Assembly: GCA_028719205.1 (NCBI GenBank)
Contig: JAQUKH010000002.1
Span: forward strand, 96,828 to 160,827
Direction: 5' to 3'
Length of the DNA: 64,000 bases
DNA from: a bacterium
Lineage (GTDB): Bacteria > JACRDZ01 > JAQUKH01
Below are positions 58,781-64,000 of this stretch, one piece after another; the first letter of the stretch is position 1; every line of letters starts with the position of its first letter. A program made the translations under genes and the position numbers. Below the pieces are notes generated by a model. The model saw nothing but the letters and a program-made list of their open reading frames with translations. It did not search any database and had not been told where the DNA came from.

Positions 58781-61071
58781 TGGAAAATAATATAACTGAT
58801 AAAACAGCTGGTTTTGAAAAATGGATTCCTTTTATTTTGTATATAATTGTTACAATTATATATGCTTTCCGGTTTTTTAAACCGGGACAAATGATTTTTG
58901 GGCATGACATAATTTTGGGTAATCAATATGGCGATGTTTTTGTAAATGGACTATTAAAAACAGGTGAGATTCCTTTCTGGAATCCGTATAGTTACAGCGG
59001 TACGCCTTGTTTTGGCGCTTTAGGCCCGTTTTTTTATCCAACAAATATTATTTATTCTTTGTCTGGCATTTCCCTGCCTTTGTATTATTTATGTGAATAT
59101 ATGCTATGTATCTTTTTGAGCGGGTCTTTTATGTATTTATACGCTAAAAACATAGGGCTATCAAAAACAAGCAGTTTCCTGGCAGGTATATTTTTTATGT
59201 TTTCAGGAAATATTATTACTTTAATGAATGCGGGGCATATGCTCAATATTCAAGCTATTACATACATACCGATTATATTGTATTTTTTTGATAAAGGGAT
59301 CCAGAAAGATACAATATTTTATTTTCTTCTCACGGCCTGTTTTTTAGGTATCCAAAGCTACACTGCAGGATTTCAAATAGTGGCTTATACGGCCGTGTTT
59401 TTGTTTTTATATCTGCTTTTGAAAATTGTTTTTGAAAAAAAATCTTATAATTTAATCGGATATTTTATGCTTATAGCGGTACTTGTTCCTTTAATTGCCG
59501 CGGTATACGTTATCCCTTCTAATTATTTTTTTAAGTTTTCTTATCGCGCGGCCCCAACTTATGAATATTTCACTTCATGGTCTTTTCCTCCAATGGAAGC
59601 TATTACTTTTTTACTGCCCAGATTTTTTGGTTTTATGGAAGCAACCTATTGGGGAATTTATCAATTCAGGATAACAAGTGATTATTTTGGGATTCTTCCT
59701 ATTATTTTAGCTTTTCTATCAGTATTTTTTCTGATAAAAGACAAAAGGGTATTATGTTTTACAATATTATCTATTATTAGTTTATTACTCTCCCTCGGAG
59801 GGTATACCCCGCTTTACAAAATACTCTATCATTTTCCAATTATTTCATCATTCCGCAATCCAAGCCGGTGGTTGGTATTTTTTACATTTTTTACAGTATT
59901 ATTAGCCGGTTTTGGTATTGATTTTATTATAAACTTTGCTGACAAAAAATACAAAAAAGAAAAATTTATACAATTTAACGCCTTTAAAATAATATTAATC
60001 ATTTTGTCTGCATGTTTTTTAATGATCTGGGTCTGGTTTTCATTAAATAATAAAATAATAATTCCAAATATGCAGACTTGGGAACTAATAAGAAAAAAGA
60101 CTAATTATCTAAATATATATGTACTCTATAAAATGATTGCCGGAGACCTGTTCAGGTTAGCGATGCTTTTTACAGCCAGTACGGTTTTTATTTTGCTGGC
60201 TTTTTATGGTAAGATCAGCAAATACGTTTTAACCGGATGTTTGCTGGTTTTATTTTTAGCAGATATGTGGTATATCGGCTTGTTGTCAGTCAGAACTGTG
60301 CCGATTCCTAAGCCGGATATCAGGCAGGAAGAAACAATTGATTTTTTAAAACAGGATAGTTCCTTGTATCGAGTACTTCCCGTTGATGGTTTTAGTTCTG
60401 AAAATTGGTTTATGGGCTCCAAAATTCAAAGCGTGAAGGGTTATTTAATTAGTTTAAAGAATTATCATGACGCGATGGACAATGGGGTATTTAATAATAT
60501 AAATTTTTTAAATTTACTAAATGTAAAATATATTTTAACTACAAGAAATATAGATTATCCGGTATTTAAATTAGTTTATAACCAGAATATAAATATCTAT
60601 CAAAATCTGGCAGTGTCGCCCCGGGCTTCTTTATTTAATAAAATAGAAGTTAATAAAGACAGATCAGATTATATGAGTAAACTTATGTCCCCTGATTTTA
60701 ATATAAAGGAAAAGCTGATTATTAACGAAGATTTTGAAGAAAAATTAGATACTGTATCGTTTAACGGGGACGAGATAAATATAACGGCATATCATCCTAA
60801 CTATATTACCCTTGATGTTAATAATCCGGGTAATTCTGTTCTTCTCATGAGTGAAATTTATTATCCTGAATGGAAGGCTACAGTTGATGGTAAGGAATCT
60901 AAGATATATCAGGCAGATGAGTTATTCCGGGCTGTATATTTAACAAAAGGATCCCATCATGTGGAATTTCACTATAGCCCTAAATTGCTTTATATCGGAA
61001 CAGTTATATCTATTATAACTATTTTTTCTATTTTAATATTTTTGATCAGATATAAGATCAACTTAAAATAA
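58780..61071 (+). CDS. YfhO-family polytopic membrane protein (putative glycan/glycopolymer glycosyltransferase) with C-terminal extracytoplasmic domain
   Basis: ~13 TM helices, then a ~250-aa soluble domain and a terminal TM. YfhO-like architecture. Confidence 0.55.
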   Translation: MENNITDKTAGFEKWIPFILYIIVTIIYAFRFFKPGQMIFGHDIILGNQYGDVFVNGLLKTGEIPFWNPYSYSGTPCFGALGPFFYPTNIIYSLSGISLPLYYLCEYMLCIFLSGSFMYLYAKNIGLSKTSSFLAGIFFMFSGNIITLMNAGHMLNIQAITYIPIILYFFDKGIQKDTIFYFLLTACFLGIQSYTAGFQIVAYTAVFLFLYLLLKIVFEKKSYNLIGYFMLIAVLVPLIAAVYVIPSNYFFKFSYRAAPTYEYFTSWSFPPMEAITFLLPRFFGFMEATYWGIYQFRITSDYFGILPIILAFLSVFFLIKDKRVLCFTILSIISLLLSLGGYTPLYKILYHFPIISSFRNPSRWLVFFTFFTVLLAGFGIDFIINFADKKYKKEKFIQFNAFKIILIILSACFLMIWVWFSLNNKIIIPNMQTWELIRKKTNYLNIYVLYKMIAGDLFRLAMLFTASTVFILLAFYGKISKYVLTGCLLVLFLADMWYIGLLSVRTVPIPKPDIRQEETIDFLKQDSSLYRVLPVDGFSSENWFMGSKIQSVKGYLISLKNYHDAMDNGVFNNINFLNLLNVKYILTTRNIDYPVFKLVYNQNINIYQNLAVSPRASLFNKIEVNKDRSDYMSKLMSPDFNIKEKLIINEDFEEKLDTVSFNGDEINITAYHPNYITLDVNNPGNSVLLMSEIYYPEWKATVDGKESKIYQADELFRAVYLTKGSHHVEFHYSPKLLYIGTVISIITIFSILIFLIRYKINLK

Positions 61072-62479
61072 GGTCTTTTATTACTACAAAGGCTATTTTT
61101 ATTTTATTTTGGAGATTAAAATAAGTACTAAGGTCAAAAATCCGCTGGATAATATACTTTGGAGATAAATAGAATCGTCTGAATGCTTTCTTTTGGAAAT
61201 TTTCCAGTATTTCTTTAGAAAGCCCGTGTGGAATATATACCGGCAGGGGTTTTCGGCTGTACATATAATCCTCCCAGGCGGCATTTGATACTAATCCCTC
61301 TTTTTGCGCGTAAGCGAATAAGGGTGAACCGGGGAGTATATACGTGATATTAAAGAGCGCGTAAGTAGGGGATAGTTCACACGCGAAACTTATGGTTCTT
61401 TCCAGATCATCAAGAGTTTCCGTAGGATGCCCGAACATAAAAAAAGATGTGGTTTCGATACCTATTTTGCGGCACCACTTGAAGGCCTGACGGAAGGCAT
61501 CATCATGGATCTTTTTATTCAGGACGTAACGAACCCTTTCCGAACCCGCTTCTACCCCAAAAGAAATTTTGATACAACCGGACTTATGCATTAATTTTAG
61601 CAATTTCTCGTCTACCAGATTAGCCCTGGTTTGGCAGCCCCATTTTATTTTTATACCTTTTTCTATTATCAGGTTGCACAGCTTGGTTACATTTTCTTTA
61701 CGCATCGTAAAAGTATCATCTTCAAAATTTATATATTTTACTTTAAATTTATTTTTTACTTCAATAATTTCTTCGATAATATTTTCAGCACTGCGGAAAC
61801 GGCAAATTTTTCCTACTGAAGGGCGGGAGCAATATATACAATTAAACGGACAGCCGCGTGATGTGACCATGGAGGTGATAAGCCCATTAATAACCGGGCT
61901 GAAATATTTTTCATTAGGTAATAAATGCCTGGCAGGAAACGTGATCGCATCAAGGTTTGGAGTAGCATCCCGCTCATTAACAACAAGTTCTCCATCTTTC
62001 AGGTAGATTAATCCTTTTATTTGGCTCAGGTCCTGTTTTTCCCGGAGGATGTGTTTACAAAGCTGAACCAAACCATGATCAGCTTCACCTATAAAACCGA
62101 ACTGCAAACCAAGTTTTTTTATTAATTCGGGTTCTACAGAGATATGGGCTCCTCCAAGGATAATAATAATTTTGGGAAATTCCTGTTTTATTTTTTGTAT
62201 CAAAGCGTAAACAGCCCTTAGCGTCATGGTTGTTACAGTTATTCCTACTAAAGGAGGCGCTTCTTCTTTTATTTGTTGCATTATTTCATCTTCAGTTAAG
62301 AAGGAGGCTGAAGCTTCAATGATCTTTGCAGAAAAGCCGTTTTTCTCAAGAGACGCGGCTAAATAAGCCAATCCCAAATGGGGATAATTTACATAAAAAC
62401 CTTCATTTCTTTTTTTAGTTTTGGTTTTTATATTATCTGTATAACTATATGGAGGATTGATAAAAACAAAATCTGTCAT
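61058..62479 (-). CDS. B12-binding radical SAM enzyme (class B)
   Basis: B12-binding segment (ILGGAHISVEPE). CPFNCIYC motif. Confidence 0.8.
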   Translation of the reverse strand: MTDFVFINPPYSYTDNIKTKTKKRNEGFYVNYPHLGLAYLAASLEKNGFSAKIIEASASFLTEDEIMQQIKEEAPPLVGITVTTMTLRAVYALIQKIKQEFPKIIIILGGAHISVEPELIKKLGLQFGFIGEADHGLVQLCKHILREKQDLSQIKGLIYLKDGELVVNERDATPNLDAITFPARHLLPNEKYFSPVINGLITSMVTSRGCPFNCIYCSRPSVGKICRFRSAENIIEEIIEVKNKFKVKYINFEDDTFTMRKENVTKLCNLIIEKGIKIKWGCQTRANLVDEKLLKLMHKSGCIKISFGVEAGSERVRYVLNKKIHDDAFRQAFKWCRKIGIETTSFFMFGHPTETLDDLERTISFACELSPTYALFNITYILPGSPLFAYAQKEGLVSNAAWEDYMYSRKPLPVYIPHGLSKEILENFQKKAFRRFYLSPKYIIQRIFDLSTYFNLQNKIKIAFVVIKDLILS

Positions 62480-63958
62480 TTATTTTACCTTTTTGTTAGT
62501 TTCTTTTCCAAGCGTCTTATTTCTTATAATAAAAAAAATGTACTTAAAAAATCCTGTCATAAAAACAGGATTTTTAATAAAAAACCAGATATACCGTTTA
62601 AAAAAAACTTTCGGGTTACGGAATAAAATATTAAAATGGTATGTGACATATTTACGGGAAACCATTTTATCTATTTCCGCGGAAGTAAAGTCTTTAGTGT
62701 TTATATAACAGGCGGCGTACTCAATATTATTATAATCATAATCATTGGTAAGATACTTTTTTTCTTTGCAGATATCATATAGCTCTGTGCCGGGGAGAGG
62801 GGTAGCGATCAAAAACATAGCATGATCAAGTTTGAGCTCATCAGCGAGAGCAAATGTTTTCTTTATATCTTCTTTTGTTTCTCCCGGAAATCCGCTTACA
62901 AAGAAAGCGCTGGTTGCTATCTTCAGTTTCTTCATGATTTTAACTATATTTTTAATATGTTCAATATTACACGGCTTGCGAATTATATTTTTCAGTACAT
63001 TTTCATCCCCGCTTTCAACCGCGAGGGTTAGTTCGTAACAGCCGCTTTCTTTTAAAACGGTAAGCAGTTCTTCATCAAGCGTCCATGCCGCGACTCCCTG
63101 CGGCGTGCACCATTTTATATCTAAATTCAGTTCCTTTAGTTTTGAAAATATACTCATGGCTCTTTTTTTATTTAAAGTTAAATTATCGTCCAGAAAATGA
63201 AGTTCTTTGATATTATAGGTATCTTTAAGGAATTTTATTTCTTCTATAACATTTTCAGGGGAACGGGTCCTGTATCTGTTTCCCCAGTGTTTGGTTGTAG
63301 CGCAAAAAACACAGTGGCCGCTGCAGCCCCTCGATGTGATCATAGAAGTATTCGGTTTTCTCAAGGGAGTGGTTGCCTGGGGGAGATTGATCTCCAGATA
63401 TTTTTTCATATTTAAGAGGTGCCGTGCCGGGAAAGGAATGGAATCCAGGTCCAGAATAAAACTATTTTTTGGGTTGACTCCCACTTGTCCGTTCTGACGA
63501 AAAGCCAAACCGTCCAGAGTTGAGTAATCCCTGCCGGATTCAATGCACTTAATCAATTCCAAAACAGTATTTTCTCCCTCTCCAATAACGATAAAATCAA
63601 TATTTTTATCCTGTTCCAGTATTTCTTTTGAAAAAACAGAAGGATGTTCCCCTCCGGCCATAGTAATTATATCCGGGTTATATTCTTTTGCCGCTTTGCA
63701 TACAAATTGCAGATTTTGGTACTGGGGAGAAAAAAGACAGCTTACACCGACAATATCGGGCTTAAATTGCTGCATATGCTGGATTAACTCTGAATAGGTT
63801 AACCCATAGCGGTAATGATTTTTATTAATTTGCTCCTCGGCGTAAAATCCTTCTAAAGCGGCATCAATAATTTTAACCGTGTATCCGTTTTTTTCAAGAA
63901 CAGCCGCGATATATGCTAAACCTAAAGGAGGCACAGCCCGCTTAATTCTTCCTTTCAT
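62480..63958 (-). CDS. B12-binding radical SAM enzyme (class B)
   Basis: B12-binding segment (TMAGGEHPSVF). CSGHCVFC motif. Its start abuts another minus-strand reading frame that continues past the window end (TAATG overlap at 63956-63960). Confidence 0.8.
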   Translation of the reverse strand: MKGRIKRAVPPLGLAYIAAVLEKNGYTVKIIDAALEGFYAEEQINKNHYRYGLTYSELIQHMQQFKPDIVGVSCLFSPQYQNLQFVCKAAKEYNPDIITMAGGEHPSVFSKEILEQDKNIDFIVIGEGENTVLELIKCIESGRDYSTLDGLAFRQNGQVGVNPKNSFILDLDSIPFPARHLLNMKKYLEINLPQATTPLRKPNTSMITSRGCSGHCVFCATTKHWGNRYRTRSPENVIEEIKFLKDTYNIKELHFLDDNLTLNKKRAMSIFSKLKELNLDIKWCTPQGVAAWTLDEELLTVLKESGCYELTLAVESGDENVLKNIIRKPCNIEHIKNIVKIMKKLKIATSAFFVSGFPGETKEDIKKTFALADELKLDHAMFLIATPLPGTELYDICKEKKYLTNDYDYNNIEYAACYINTKDFTSAEIDKMVSRKYVTYHFNILFRNPKVFFKRYIWFFIKNPVFMTGFFKYIFFIIRNKTLGKETNKKVK

Positions 63959-64000
63959 TAAAGTGTAAGGAGGAGAAATAAGTAATATTTTGTTGATCTT

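Noticed and set aside
1-64000. Search for CRISPR arrays, tRNA or rRNA genes and IS elements
   Set aside because: I saw no regularly spaced direct repeats, no tRNA-like cloverleaf candidates in the larger intergenic spaces (10884-11106, 12160-12572, 33057-33297, 36565-36732), and no transposase- or integrase-like ORFs. This was a visual scan only; tRNAscan or Infernal would be decisive.
63956-64000. Start of a further minus-strand gene at the window end
   Set aside because: Only 14 codons (...RSTKYYLFLLLTL*) are visible, overlapping the ATG of the last B12-radical SAM gene as TAATG. There is too little sequence to call a product.

Overview
This is a low-GC (roughly 35-40%) bacterial chromosomal segment, probably from an anaerobe. 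Evidence for that: a multihaem cytochrome c, RtcB, bacillithiol genes, and many radical SAM enzymes. Coding density is high and I found no rRNA, tRNA or CRISPR array by eye.

Contents in order:
- a c-di-GMP neighbourhood (a CBS-PAS-GGDEF protein, a UbiB kinase and a PilZ receptor) bracketed by two paralogous secreted HEAT-repeat proteins;
- an MFS transporter;
- a two-gene accessory islet (a DinD-like protein plus a protein with an N-terminal TIR-like domain) wedged between the MFS gene and the conserved smc-ftsY pair, with five copies of a GTAGGGG(C) motif around it;
- rtcB preceded by a 48-codon Cys-rich acidic small ORF;
- a lipoprotein and a 5-haem cytochrome c;
- a polyamine operon (PuuR-like HTH-cupin regulator, AdoMet decarboxylase, two aminopropyltransferases, a fold-III decarboxylase);
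- a minus-strand housekeeping block (GGDEF, gltX, dut, rpmE, rho, coaE, 5'-3' exonuclease, bshB-bshA), then uppP on the plus strand, an unusual IspH-UbiA-like fusion, and bshC;
- from about 39.9 kb to the window end, a large glycan-biosynthesis cluster with an unusual enzyme complement, listed next.

The glycan cluster holds:
- several GT2 enzymes;
- the CDP-3,6-dideoxyhexose genes rfbF, rfbG and rfbH (E1);
- a YerE-like TPP enzyme, a NeuB-like synthase and an FkbM methyltransferase;
- YfhO-like and GT-C-like membrane proteins;
- five radical SAM enzymes, three of them B12-binding.

I judge the radical-SAM-rich branched-sugar cluster and the DinD-TIR islet to be the most likely undescribed systems here.
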